Assembly (NCBI GenBank): GCA_002189035.1
Contig: CM007989.1
Location: forward strand, 806,001 to 870,000
Direction of reading: 5' to 3'
DNA length: 64,000 bases
Source of the DNA: Utricularia gibba
Lineage: Eukaryota; Plantae; Magnoliophyta
Part shown: positions 26,048-37,582 of the stretch, piece by piece
Layout: every line of letters starts with the position of its first letter
Position numbering within the stretch: position 1 is the first letter of the stretch
Translations under genes and position numbers: made by a program
The notes under the pieces: generated by a model
Seen by the model: the letters and a program-made list of their open reading frames with translations, nothing else
Databases searched by the model: none
Told to the model about the DNA's origin: nothing

Positions 26048-27219
26048 TTAATCCTTTTTCTTGTCCAAGGGAAGCCTCGGGATCTTGCTAAGAACCTTCG
26101 CATCCAGCACATCGTACTGTTTCCTGAACTCGTAAATGACTTTCTCTGCCAAGGCATCAACTTCATCCTTATATTTCTCATAGAGAACAGGGCCCGTGAA
26201 CACCAAGACCAACACTGAAACATTGGGCGATGTATGGTGAGTACAAGGAATACTGATTATGCGTATGAAACAGGGAGGCTCGGCGCTCTTACGGATATAA
26301 GCCAGTGTCAAGAAGCTCACGAAGCTGCCTACTGTTGAAACAAACCACAGCATAGCAACAACCTGATCAGCCCATGGGACCGAAGTTAACAACAGTTGTT
26401 GTGTATTGGAGAAAGAATGATGAGAATCAGGGTGGAGGTGAAAGCAGGGATTTTTACTGCACACAAACCCTCCAAGGTTTATTACGGAAGATTTGGAAGT
26501 GAGAACACAGATAGACTTACAGTGAGGAATTTCTTGAGATCCCCCCCGGAAGCAATTCCTCGGAACTCGGCTAGACCACGATTGGTCTCCTGACGGATGA
26601 TAGTAGAGAGTTCGATAAACAGTTCCTCCGGAAGACGAACATCCGGAATATGCGGTGGTCGCCTGCAGATGTTTGAGCAAAGTCACATAAGACATATGAA
26701 GCAGCCTCATTGATTTAAAAGAAGCTGACTATCCCCACTTGGTAACGAGTGCATAGGCGTTGGACCATAAGAACAACGATCCAATGGAAAATATCAAAGT
26801 GTGGCACAGTACAGCCGTCAGATGGCACCCTAGCAATTCAAACAGAACCCAAAGCACGGTCGCGCCGCCTAGCACTGCGGCAGATATTTTCTTCTTCCTC
26901 CACAAGAAAACGTCGACGGCTGCGGAAGAAATTCTTGATTAAGAGGGCAATTATTGACACCTACAGCAGATAATTCGCACCGGAGCGGGGTGCACTTACG
27001 CTTGACACCGCATACAGATGTGTGGATAGGCTTTTCACGGCCGAACAGGTCCAGAAGCTCCCTCTCCTGTGCCGCGATCACTTCAGGGAGTTCTCCGGTC
27101 TCCGTCTCTATATTTGATTCGAGAACCTCCGGCGGACTTTCGGCGGTTGCGATCTTCTCTGCCGAGGAGTCAATCATCGAATCTACCGAAGACACAGAGA
27201 TCTCCTCTTGATCCGCCAT
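26048..27219 (-). CDS. RTNLB: Reticulon-like protein B (RTNLB1-5 group)
   Basis: Exons 27219-27000, 26919-26739, 26662-26521, 26362-26293, 26214-26048. Motifs [42 protein letters not shown] and [12 protein letters not shown], with a C-terminal ER-retrieval-type KKKD. Confidence 0.9.
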
Positions 27220-27391
27220 CACTGTTCGGTCACCGACTGCCGGAAAACGATTGACAAATGGGAGAACTTACGGGACGAGCAATAGATGCGAGGAAATCAA
27301 GTACGCGGAAGGGTGGGGAAGAGGGAGTTCTATTTGATTGACATGTATATATTCATTAGCTTCGGAGGACGGTGAAAATTCGCTGTAATGT

Positions 27392-27427
27392 ACACGTGGC
27401 ATGGCTGCTCAGCGACGCCCACGCGTC
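27392..27427. promoter_or_regulatory. ABRE (ACACGTGGC) plus CE3-like (CCACGCGT) pair upstream of the reticulon gene
   Basis: ACACGTGGC at 27392-27400 and CCACGCGT at 27419-27426. A TATA-like tract lies near 27345, on the reticulon side. Confidence 0.4.
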
Positions 27428-27620
27428 CACCGGGCACCGTTTCCCAGAGCCACGACATCAGACTCGCCTGTCTTAAACTGCATTAATTGTTGGGGAAAGA
27501 ATCAGCTTATGACCACAGACGGCTAGGATCAGCCGATAATGACTGTCCAATGTTTGATCCGACGGCTCTCGGAACATTTCTCGTCATGCATGTACCCAAA
27601 ACAAAAGCCAGGAAAGGAAC

Positions 27621-28944
27621 TCAGCTTATGATCATCTTGCTCAAGAACTCGGCTTGCTGCGGGAAATACTCCAAAAGCTCATCCTTCGTCACCCACACGT
27701 AATCCTCGCATTTCGGGTTACTGAACATGTGTGTGGCGATGACTTGAGACTTGAAGTAGAAGCGCTGTTGGAACGAAAAACAGATAGGCAACAGCAGTTA
27801 CAGCGCACATTCCAGCAAACCAAGAAAAAGGGATTTCATTCCTTCTTACTTTGAAGGACGTTTCACTCTGGTCTTGTTCTGAGGTTGGAATGGACATGTG
27901 CCCCATGGGCGCATTTCCAACGAAATATGTGTTAGAAAGATCTCCAATGACGGATTTCAGGGCAGATTCAGCACACTGCAAGAAAATGGAGGGTTGAATT
28001 GATGCACACTTTACTACAGGAGCCATCTTGAGTTTTAAAAATTGTAGGCACCTTTCGCAGTGTGGGTTCTGTATCATGGATTTTCTCAGGCAAATGCCAG
28101 ACGGGTTTCCCATCTGAATTACTTGCAACGCTGTAGATTAGAAGATAGAGCCTCCGGTCAAGCGCCCTCTGCAATGACCTACCACATAAGAACCTTGCTG
28201 TGGTTAGAGTAACTACAGATGGCAAGAGTTCCAGTAAAGCACAAGGCACCCCACCAAAGAAGATCTCATACAGATGCTATTCCTTCAATCCCGGCTAAAT
28301 GGAATCTCGAGAATATTGGTGGAGGGTGTTGATGTGCATCAAACTGTTATTTGGTGTGGATGGGAAGAAGAGAGACTCTTGAAGACACATACCCATCGGA
28401 ACATGAACTAACCCCATAGCAGCACGCTCTCAGTCTCAGTTCATGCAGCATAAAAAGACTACTACTGGTAAGAAAACGTTCAAAGACCGCACCTTTTGTC
28501 GTTACTTTTGTCCGCTTCTGTAATTCGTGGGGCAGGGATATAGTCAATTTGATAATCACCCTTCCCCCTGAATTAACAAGGTGAAGTGAGAAGAAAAGGA
28601 AGAAGCGGAAAACTGAAGATGCAAGAACCGATGAGAGGAACCTTGCATCAGCCTTCTTTAAAAATGCTTCAGGGTACTCCCGACGATACTGCTGCCTCCA
28701 CCGGAACCTAGTGGGAGATCCCGATTTCAAAGAAAACCGAAATCCAATGATGATACGGAAAAACAACGAACATTCAAGCTACTCACGAGAACTCTTGGAA
28801 GGCGTATACGATAGGATCGATTTTTGGCACCACAACAGGAAGCCTCTCGAACAAAACCGATGCCACAATTTTCTCAACGCCGCAGCCCTTCGCTGCTGAC
28901 GAGCAGAAGCTTCTTCCGGCGGCAAGCAAAGATCCTCGCCACAT
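27621..28944 (-). CDS. MRPL46: Mitochondrial large-subunit ribosomal protein L46 (mL46)
   Basis: Exons 28944-28787, 28707-28642, 28567-28493, 28178-28052, 27975-27850, 27764-27621. Motifs ASVLFERLPVVVPKIDP, FRWRQQYRREYP, PAPRITEADKSNDKRSLQRALDRRLYLL, YFVGNAPMGH and YVWVTKDELLEYFP. Confidence 0.9.
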
Positions 28945-29219
28945 GGGATGCCGAGCTGTCTTCAGCATTTCCCCCGATCTGAAACCACGAGAAACGCACA
29001 CACACACTAATCGCACCCTCAAATCCTCAAAGCATAATGGCTCCCAAAGAAGAAACATCAAATTACCCTTCAACCGAAACCTTTTCTGTCTTCAAGCAAA
29101 AAAATCGACCAATCTCCCAGAACTCCCGCAATTGTGGAAGCGATCAGATTCCCCGTCTACCCCCTGGTTTCACAGCATTGCCTTCCATTGTTCTCATTTC
29201 TACTTCGATGCTCGAGCAT

Positions 29220-29331
29220 TAGGGTTTGGGGTTTAGGCAAGGACCAGGTCCGTACAGAGATCCGACGACTGGAGGTTTTTATGGGCCAAGCCGCCAAAAT
29301 AAATTAGAAGTGGGCTTCTCGTGAAGGCCCA
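29220..29331. promoter_or_regulatory. Telo-box plus site II module of the MRPL46 promoter
   Basis: TAGGGTTT at 29220-29227 (AAACCCTA on the gene strand), TGGGCC at 29282, TGGGCT at 29311 and GGCCCA at 29326. This pairing is established for plant ribosomal-protein genes. Confidence 0.55.
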
Positions 29332-30501
29332 ATTAGTATCCTTATTTATTTAAGATTCATTTGATGTCTTTTAATTTATGCTGAAATATAAATAGAGTTA
29401 ATTTACAAAAAATATAAATATACTTTATAAATAATATAATTTAAAATAAAAATAATATTATTGTATTTTACCATCATGATATTAAGTAAATTTATCTAAT
29501 TGTTAAGTTTTTTTTCATCATAAATAATAATTTAATACTAAATTATTTAGATATATAATATATGGTATTAAATACCATTGCTTACTATTTAGTGAAGCAT
29601 CAATTAAAATTTCATGTCCATAAAATTAATTAGGACATATGTATCACGTGGGCCCCGTAGAGGGCCTACATGTTTGGACAGTTTCCAAGAGTGACACGTT
29701 GTCCGGTCAAATGTGTCAAAACGTCAGGTGTAAAATTAAAACACGTTTGGTAACTTTTCCCAATCAATTCAACACGTTGCTTTTAGACAAAGAAATTGCT
29801 TGATATTTCAAAAGTTTTTTTGTTGAGACGATTTATAAATTTATAATTATTATGTATTTTTAAAAAACTATGAATATTATTATAATTCATTTTCAAAAAA
29901 AATAATCTTAAAAGGATTAAAACAAAACACATCCTTAGACAAATAAACCTATTTTTTTAAAAAAGTCATTATTATTTTTGGTATTCAAGTTGTTTAATAT
30001 TTTTCTTCACATATGTTGTATATTAATAATGATGTATGTTCTATAGAACATATGTGGGTTTGATGAATTTAAATCGAATTGCGAATTGGGATATAAATTT
30101 TATCTATTTGAGAAGGAAATGAGTATTAAACTCTTTTATAGAATGTAAATTTTAGTGAATTTATTTAGTGATTATAATATGACATGTAAGTTGAATCTTC
30201 TGACATGGACTAAAGACTTTTTCATAAAGAGACTTTTCAAAAATCATGGCAACCAACTAACATGATCTCTTTGTCTCCTCTCCCCCGAGGCGTCGTTGCT
30301 TTTGTGGGGGTCCTCCAAACGCACCATTTCTTCGTCCGTACCTGTGATAAGACCTGCCCACAAAACCATCGTCAACAATGGCTACTGCTCTGTGACCAGA
30401 ATGGTGTCTTTCTTTGGCGCAGAGAAAAGAGGATCAATTCTTGAGTTTGGAGTATTAATCCAAAGCAAAATGTGAGTAGTAGTAACGGGGAGGTGATATG
30501 T

Positions 30502-31481
30502 TTAGGCGATGACGCAGGCGTTGGGATTCTCTTCGATGCTGTGGTTGATGGGGTTGGAGGGGTGGTACATCGGAGGGTAGAAAGGCCGTTGCATCGGAGG
30601 GTAGAAAGGCCGGTACTGGGCCGCCGTCTGAAGGGATACCGGATCGGGTTTCTTCTTTGCTTCGCCTTCCTTTTTCCCTTCCTCTTTCTTGCCTTCCTCT
30701 TTCTTGCCTTCCTCCTTCTTGGGTTCCTCCTTCTTGCCTTCCTCCTTCTTGGGTTCCTCTTTCTTGGGCTCCTCCTTCGGACCGCAGGAGATGAACTCCA
30801 CTGTCCATTTCTGTTTGCGCAGTTTGCTCACGACGGATACCGGATCGACGGTGCCGGTAACTGTGAGCTTCTTTCCCTTGAGATCGATGGAGATCTCGTC
30901 GATTCCTTCAGGAAGGCAGACATACACATGAAAACATCATCCCATGTCTCACTAATAGCAATTCAGAGATCGAAGCAATCCACAGAATAAATGCATGGGG
31001 ACCAGGGGTAACCACCGCAGAAGCAGGAAAATTGTGCTAGAAACATCCTTGCCATTGAGAATTTCTCAAAAAAATTTTAGCTCATTTTATTGTCTAAGCA
31101 AAGCAAGTCCGTGCTCAAAGCAGCTAGACAGAACAGTGATAAAAAAAAAAGGCGAATAAATTTTGATTATATACCTGTAAGGGAGCAGACAGTCTTTAAA
31201 GCCTTCCTTTGCAGCTCCCTGTCATCTTGAAAATCCAATTTCAGCACAAATTTCTGCCCACAAAAAGAAGATTTTCGAATTGAATGAGATCAACAAGAAC
31301 AATATTTCATCAGAATTCTGGAGTAGGAACATTTCTGGGATTCGGGTATCAGCCTTTTCCCTCCTAATCCGAGGAATCGAAACATAAAACAGCACCCAGA
31401 AAGTAAAAAAGGCCAAAAGGGGAACTTTTATGCATGGACACCAAAACTCAGAAAGCACTAAAAAAAGGCTCAAACCTTCAT
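30502..31481 (-). CDS. HIPP39: Heavy-metal-associated isoprenylated plant protein, HIPP39-like
   Basis: Micro-exon ATG AAG (31481-31476), exon 31253-31175 (KFVLKLDFQDDRELQRKALKTVCSLTG) and exon 30905-30502 (IDEISIDLKGKKLTVTGTVDPVSVVSKLRK, KKEE repeats). It ends in the CaaX box NPNACVIA. Confidence 0.82.
30568..30615. repeat. 24-bp coding direct repeat, 2 units (RPFYPPM)
   Basis: CATCGGAGGGTAGAAAGGCCG occurs at 30568 and 30592. Confidence 0.9.
30678..30779. repeat. 15-bp coding tandem repeat, about 7 units (KKEEP/KKEEG)
   Basis: Units CTTCCTC(T/C)TTCTTG(C/G) start at 30678, 30693, 30708, 30723, 30738 and 30753, with a partial unit at 30768. Confidence 0.9.
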
Positions 31482-32623
31482 CGTCTTTGAGGCAAAATGA
31501 ACCACGTTCCTCAAACTGATGCTGTTTAAGTTCACCACAATTGATCTTGCACCAGCAACAAATAATTTTCAACAAAGAGAAAGTGAAGCAGACGCAAGAT
31601 CAGGATAAAGGGGCCTTAGAAAACAAAACACACCAGACGACTAGAATACCAAAATTCAACAACGGAGGGAGAGTTAGAAAAAGCGACGCCCGCAGCCCCT
31701 CAACTTCTCCCTTGCGGCGTTGGCGGTAACCTGTTCCCATCAGTCCACATGCGCACGATAGATATGTCCAAGGACAACAACTCAACAAAAATGCGAATAA
31801 ACCATCAACCAATCAAGCGAAATCGGCTTACAAATCAAAATGCTTTTCCACAGGGAACTTCAAAATCGAATGGAACTCCTGGTTCTGGCACGGGCGTGCG
31901 TAGCGTATACCTCCGCATCTCCAATTCCAACTTCACATAACATTGTGGTTTCCCTTCTCTTCCCCCCAACTCAAAGCTATGGCCTGCGCAAGGTGAGGCC
32001 CCCCACCCCTCCATCATCATTAGTTTATTGCTCTGCGAGCTCGAATGCGTCACCATCGTTGAAGGACAAGTCGACGAGCCGTCCCATGCGTCCTCTTTTC
32101 ATTCCAACTAGTTACACTAGTTACATAAACCCTAATTACAGTCATCAAACAATCCCCTTTTACCCTATATTTTCTCATTTTGACAATAAAAAATTAATAA
32201 TTTTCTAAAATGAAATATCAAATCATTATTCTCAAATATAATAAATTAATGTAAAATATAATTAAAATCATTTTCAATAAATTTTTTATTTCATTTTTTT
32301 CTCTTTCAATTCTATCATCCTTTTTTCAAATTTCTTCCATGGATTTCTCTCCATTTCTTTCTCAATGTAAGACTCTGACTAATTTTGTATTTTCTTCTGA
32401 ATTTTTTCCTTTTATATTTTTTTATTATATTTCGAAAATAATCCTTTTTTTTAGATTTCTTTTATCACAGCATGCATAAAGGAAAAATATCATTCCATCT
32501 CATTAGAAATTAATTTCTGATTCATAAACTTATGTTTTTATAGTAAAAAAACATAAACTTATTTTTTATCCTTATTTTCCAGAATTTTATTTTTAAAATG
32601 TGTACAGAACATCATAACTTTCA

Positions 32624-32990
32624 GGGGCTATTTGATAGCCACTTGAACAGAATTTAATTATTTTAATTTTCAAAAAATATATTTAATATTATATTTTAAA
32701 TTAAAACCTATTTTACATAAATCCAATACTTGATCTTAAATAAAAGAGTGTGGAAGATGATTTTAATTAAAGAAAAATAATATAATTTTATATATTGACA
32801 TATTTACCATTAAATTTTGTTGAACATTTAGATATCAACGATTCAACAAATCCCTGATTCCGACAACTTCAACCTCTTTAATCGAAGGGTAACATTGTCG
32901 TTTTACATATATAAAAAAATTAATATATAATTTACTTATAAACTATTTAATCATATCCCACTTTATTCAAAAGCACTATCAAACAGTCCC
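32624..32990. mobile_element. Tourist-like (PIF/Harbinger) MITE, about 367 bp
   Basis: Left end GGGGCTATTTGATAG (32624) matches the reverse complement of the right end, GGGACTGTTTGATAG (ends 32990), at 13/15 positions. Flanks are TCA and TAA, resembling a TWA target-site duplication with one mismatch. The interior is AT-rich and non-coding, with nested inverted segments (TTGTTGAA..TTCAACAA). Confidence 0.6.
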
Positions 32991-34046
32991 TAATACTATA
33001 TATATATCTTCTTTCTGATCCTTATCTCAATCTTTGAGCTGACTGCTGCCAAATCCAGTATGGGCTTCTGCTATTTAAAATAATTTAAAATATCTAAATT
33101 TTTTTAAAAAAAGAGGAAAACCTTTACCGCTTTCTCGATGATCCAATGTGATAGTTTTTTGAGTTTCAATATTGCCGAATTAGTACTCAATGTTGTACAA
33201 AATGAAGTATGAGTAAGTGTTATATAATATGAAATTACATTATGTAAAATATAATCAATTTTGAAATTATTCAAATAAAATTAATTTGAAATTGTAAAAT
33301 TGTTATATGATATAATACAAAATTTAATAAAATAAAAATATATATTTAAATTTGATATATTAAATGATAGTATAATTTAATGTTATGATATAAATATAAG
33401 TTTATAATAAATAATAATTAAATATTATAATGTTTAATTATTTTCTTAGTTAATTAGTAATACATAAATTCAATAATTTTTAAAGTTAATCATTGGATTT
33501 AAATTTCTTATTTACTATAGAATAGTTAAAAATTAAATTCTAAATTAGAATCTTTAAACATTAAACAGAATAAATTCAGTAAATTTCTAAACGTTGTAAT
33601 GCTGCTCTCAAGAGTCACGTTTTTTTTTTTTTTGTAGTGTTGGAGCTTGGGACTACGAGGAGGAGAATCGCACGTGACTTCTCCTTGATTTTTAAAATTA
33701 ACGGAATATATTAATATTTTCGCGGCTGGAAATTTGTTTAAGAGGTTTAATTATAAAGTTCAACGTACGGCTCTAATGCACCGCACTGTAAGAATATCCG
33801 TGCTCAGATCTCGACAGGTGGCGGCCATCTTGGAAGTTTGCAGCACACGTCTTTCCCACGCGCGTTGGTTGCTATCCTTCTTCGGCTCCCCTTTCTCTTC
33901 GCCTGCCCGATCTCGGATCACACACACACGCCCTAATTTTCACTTCCCAAACGCAATTTCCCAGCTTCGACGATTCTTCGTCTTGTTCTATGATCCCCTC
34001 CACCGAATCCGTGTCGTAGACTGGATTTGAGGTTTAAGATTGCGGA

Positions 34047-35380
34047 ATGGAGAGAGGGGAAGAAGATTTACAGTTGACGATCTACAAGCCCCGGCCTTTC
34101 TCCGGAGGATGCTTAGAAATTCGGTTGTTTTACGTCAGAATTGTTCCTTGCGCAGTGGAGAGTCTCCCGGAGCATCTGATTTTGCGCCATCTCCGCCGGG
34201 AAGTGGGCGTGTGTCTGGATGTCAATGGCGCTAGGGTGCCTTCGTCTGATGAGGTCTCGATAACTCTGCGGCGGGAGCGTGTCGATATGGATTCTTCAGA
34301 GGTTACGTATGTGAGCACGGATAGCGTTAAGATATCGGGGCCGATTGAATTCGAAGTGTGTGAAGAAGGTAAGGATTCGGATTTGATTCTGTGTGGGTCG
34401 CTGGAGAGGGCTGACTCTGCGGCTGTGTGGAGTAATGGGAGTACGTTGGAGAATGACGCGAGAACGGGGTGGAGTATGGATTGTTATGCTGCTAACGGCG
34501 TAACGGCGAATGGTCGTTCTAAGCTTTTCCAGCCTGGGGTTGGATTTCCTCACCGTCGATTGAAGTTTATGTCGCCGGCTGCTGCTCCGGTGTGCCGGTT
34601 ATTCTAACTAAGATTATTTCTGTTAGTCCAAGGAAAAAGGGTTTGAGACAGGGGATGCTTGATGCTATTCCGGAGGACGAAGAGCTTGGAAAGGGGCAGA
34701 GGAACTTAACCAATGGCATGATTCGTCAAATAAAGTTGCATGTAAGTACCTGCTGTATTTTTTATGTTGTCTTGATTTCCATCTTGTAATACCTGTGAAA
34801 GATGGCTAGATCTTTGGTCCACTGATAATCAGATATGTTAGTAGTATTCTGCTTGCTATAGTTCAAATGCGTAAAGAATTTCAGTGCTGTTTTTCTTTTT
34901 TTTTTTTTTTGTCCAAACTTTGTCAGTAGTTGAAGGAAAATCTCTAATCAAGTCCAGGAGCTTGTTTTTCTATTTTCTGTGGGAATAACGGAAACTGATC
35001 TATCTGATGTGAAGTATGACCTTTCCAGTCTCCAGATGCCTGGTTTCTGGTGATGAAACTGGGGTTTTCGATTCATTTGTCATATGCTTAATATCGTTCC
35101 TCTCGTGTTCATGATTATTGCCAAACTGAAATTGTGTTCCCTGCATTTCATGAAGTCTGATAGTGATGATGAAGACGCAGAGAGGAAGGTTCTGCCCCGG
35201 TATTACTCAGAAGACATGATGTACCCTGATGAAGACGGCCAACTTTCATGGTTTAATGCTGGCGTAAGGGTTGGTGTTGGAATAGGATTAGGCATGTGCC
35301 TTGGTGTTGGAATAGGCGTTGGTCTCCTCATGCGGTCCTACCAAAACACGACTAGGAATTTCAGGAGGAGATTTTTCTGA
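34047..35380 (+). CDS. Uncharacterised At1g01500-like membrane-anchored protein (apparent -1 frameshift at 34542-34544)
   Basis: LEIRLFYVRIVPC..LRRERVD..EVTYVSTDSV is in the first frame. SSPSIEVYVAGCCSGVPVILTK..LDAIPEDEE is in the shifted frame. Donor at 34742; the last exon (about 35156-35380) has DEDGQLSWFNAGVRVGVGIGLGMCLGVGIGVGLLMRSYQ. Confidence 0.82.
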
Positions 35381-36426
35381 TACTTCCAATGCCACCAATG
35401 AGTTCAATTCAGTAGACGCAAGAATCTGCTCCATGCTGGGTAACTCATGCAGACAAATTGATGATGCCACAAGGATGTAACAAGCATGTGGTGGTGATGC
35501 TTGGGTTGGCAGTCAGACCTCGTGACTGGTTTTCTTGCTTGACGTTCTTTGCCATTGCTACTGAGAAGACTCTTCAACAGAGGATTCTGTGAAGGTATAT
35601 ATGGATATGTTTTTCGTTACGCAACCTGTAGAAAAGCCTGTCTTTCACATGTATTGCCTATAGATAGATGCGTGTATCAGAATAAGTGTTGTCAGTTGGT
35701 GGGGTGCTGGTTTTGTGCTGATTTCATTGGTTTTTGTCCTAAATAAGCGTCTTTGGTGGATGCTGTAGCGTGAGAACATACCACCATAGAAATGCTGCTT
35801 GTATGTGTTGAGGCTCGATGATTTTGGTTTATGGAGATGCTGTACTTAAGTGGTGTTCTGTTCATATCTGTGTATCCCGAATGACATTTAGAATCAAGTG
35901 CGATAAAGTTATGAATTGAAACAGAGGGGTGTTGGTTTCATCCCGAGGTCGCCTTCAATGGGCAAGACTTATCTCAACAATTGAATCTTTGTCGTTGGGT
36001 TGTGGTTTCGCGGAGCTACAATGTCAACACTTGGCCTTAGAAACAAATTGGCTATGTATTACGATCGCCTAGTCGCAGGTGTGGAGAACAGCGTCGTCGA
36101 AGCAGCCGTCATATGGCCAATGTGGCAACTCAACCACTGCACAAAAACCTATCTAGGTTTTCCATCGTTCAGATCCAGAACAGGCTCCATTGCAGGGGTA
36201 ATGATATTGCCGGGGAAGTTTGCTCATAAAAAAACTAAAAACCCTTGCGTTGCTTGGCTTTTCTTTTTCTTTTTCTCGCTGCTGCTCCTTTGTTGCCGTT
36301 GATTTTTGAGATTTCATGTCCATACAACGCAGTTGATCATCATGGCTTCTTCTCTGTGTATTACTTGAATTAGTTAGGGGCTTTTTGGGGAATAGGGAAT
36401 TCGTTGTTGTCGTTTTAGCTTCAGGA

Positions 36427-36960
36427 ATGGCAGCTTTTGCTGCTCTGGTGTCTCTTCAACAAAATCTGCAGGCGTCAACCAACGAATCTGTTTTTGTCGC
36501 CCCAGATGTTACTTCTTCTGTTGATTCTTTACGTCAGAACTTGGAGAACTGCATTCAACAAAATCATCTCCTTATTGATGATGCTGACGATCATTTGGCA
36601 TCTCTGCAACTAAAGATTACCTTGATGCGCGAGGTGCTCGATAGATTTCCCCAAAGGCTTGCCAATCTGGAAGCAGTTATCTGTACTGCTACGAATCATG
36701 TTGAGACGCCCCTCGAGATTCTTTAGAAGGAACTTCTGGATGAAACGGCGAAAATAAAGGGCAAAGACAACATGCTTCTGATGACAAAGAGGATGTTTGC
36801 AGTCTTTGACACACATTTTGCTGGAATAATGAAGCTAATGCATGGTACTGAATCTTTTTCCCCGATTAAACTCCCAAAATGGAAACAATATTTCTGGAAG
36901 TGATGATCATTTCTTGGAGATTTTGGCATTAAGTTATCGGCACCCGCCTCACTATTTTGA
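36427..36960 (+). pseudogene. Truncated tandem paralogue of the downstream NLR (CC region plus a short ARC2 remnant)
   Basis: Starts MAAFAALVSLQQNL (compare MAAYAALVSLAQTL) and has an in-frame TAG at 36724-36726. It continues IKGKDNMLL..SPIKLP (compare IKNKDILL..PPIKLP), then jumps to a 41-nt block (36898-36938) identical to 38815-38855 of the intact gene. The upstream motif TTGCCGTTG..CATGTCCATAC is also shared. Confidence 0.85.
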
Positions 36961-37416
36961 TGAAGTTCACGCTCTGCTCTCCCTTCCTTGCTTACGAAAA
37001 TAATGTTTACATGAATAAATGGCTTTATCAACTTATTTTGATGCTCTTCTGGAAAGTACCTGGCATATATGACATTTTCATGCTGTTTTGTGTTACAGAC
37101 GAAGATGGAGGATGGCCGCAGCCAAGGTTGATAACGAGTTACCAGGGACTCACTTGTTTAAAATATATATTTGAGGTTTTCAGTAAAGGAATTTCAAATT
37201 GCTCTATATTTGTTTAAAATATCGCTAGAGTCATTTACACATGAATGGGAAAGAATTTTATGAAGATTTCATCTGGATCAGTGGAAAAAAAACCTCAGGA
37301 GTTTCTCTACAACTCCTCTGGTGTATCTGAAGTTAAAAAACTCGAACAAGCCCAAGTCGACTATCTGTAAACAGTGCAGCAAGAAAATTAGTGTGAACAG
37401 AATCTTGAAGAGGTAG

Positions 37417-37473
37417 TTGACTTTCAAGCCAGCTAGTCTTCACGTCCCATTAAAAGTTTTGCCGTTGTTGACT
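37417..37473 (+). promoter_or_regulatory. Two W-boxes (TTGACT) upstream of the NLR
   Basis: TTGACT at 37417-37422 and 37468-37473, within 170 nt of the ATG. W-boxes are established WRKY sites of defence genes. Confidence 0.45.
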
Positions 37474-37582
37474 TTTATTGAGTTCCATGTCCATACCATG
37501 GTTTCTCGTTGTCTATGTTATCTGCTAATCTCTCCCTCCATTTCCATTTACAGGAAACCTCGTTCTTGTTATTGATTTATGT

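Noticed and set aside
30455-30990. Overlapping long ORFs on both strands around the HIPP repeat
   Set aside because: Alternative frames of the low-complexity 15-bp repeat; only the KKEE/CaaX frame splices to the upstream exons.
31749-32208. Short ORFs upstream of HIPP
   Set aside because: No recognisable domain or consistent splice structure; probably promoter or leader sequence.
35049-35129. Intronic C/D snoRNA (GTGATGA ... CTGA about 80 nt apart)
   Set aside because: There is no terminal stem, and only about 8 nt of complementarity to a recalled 18S segment, below the usual 10 nt or more.
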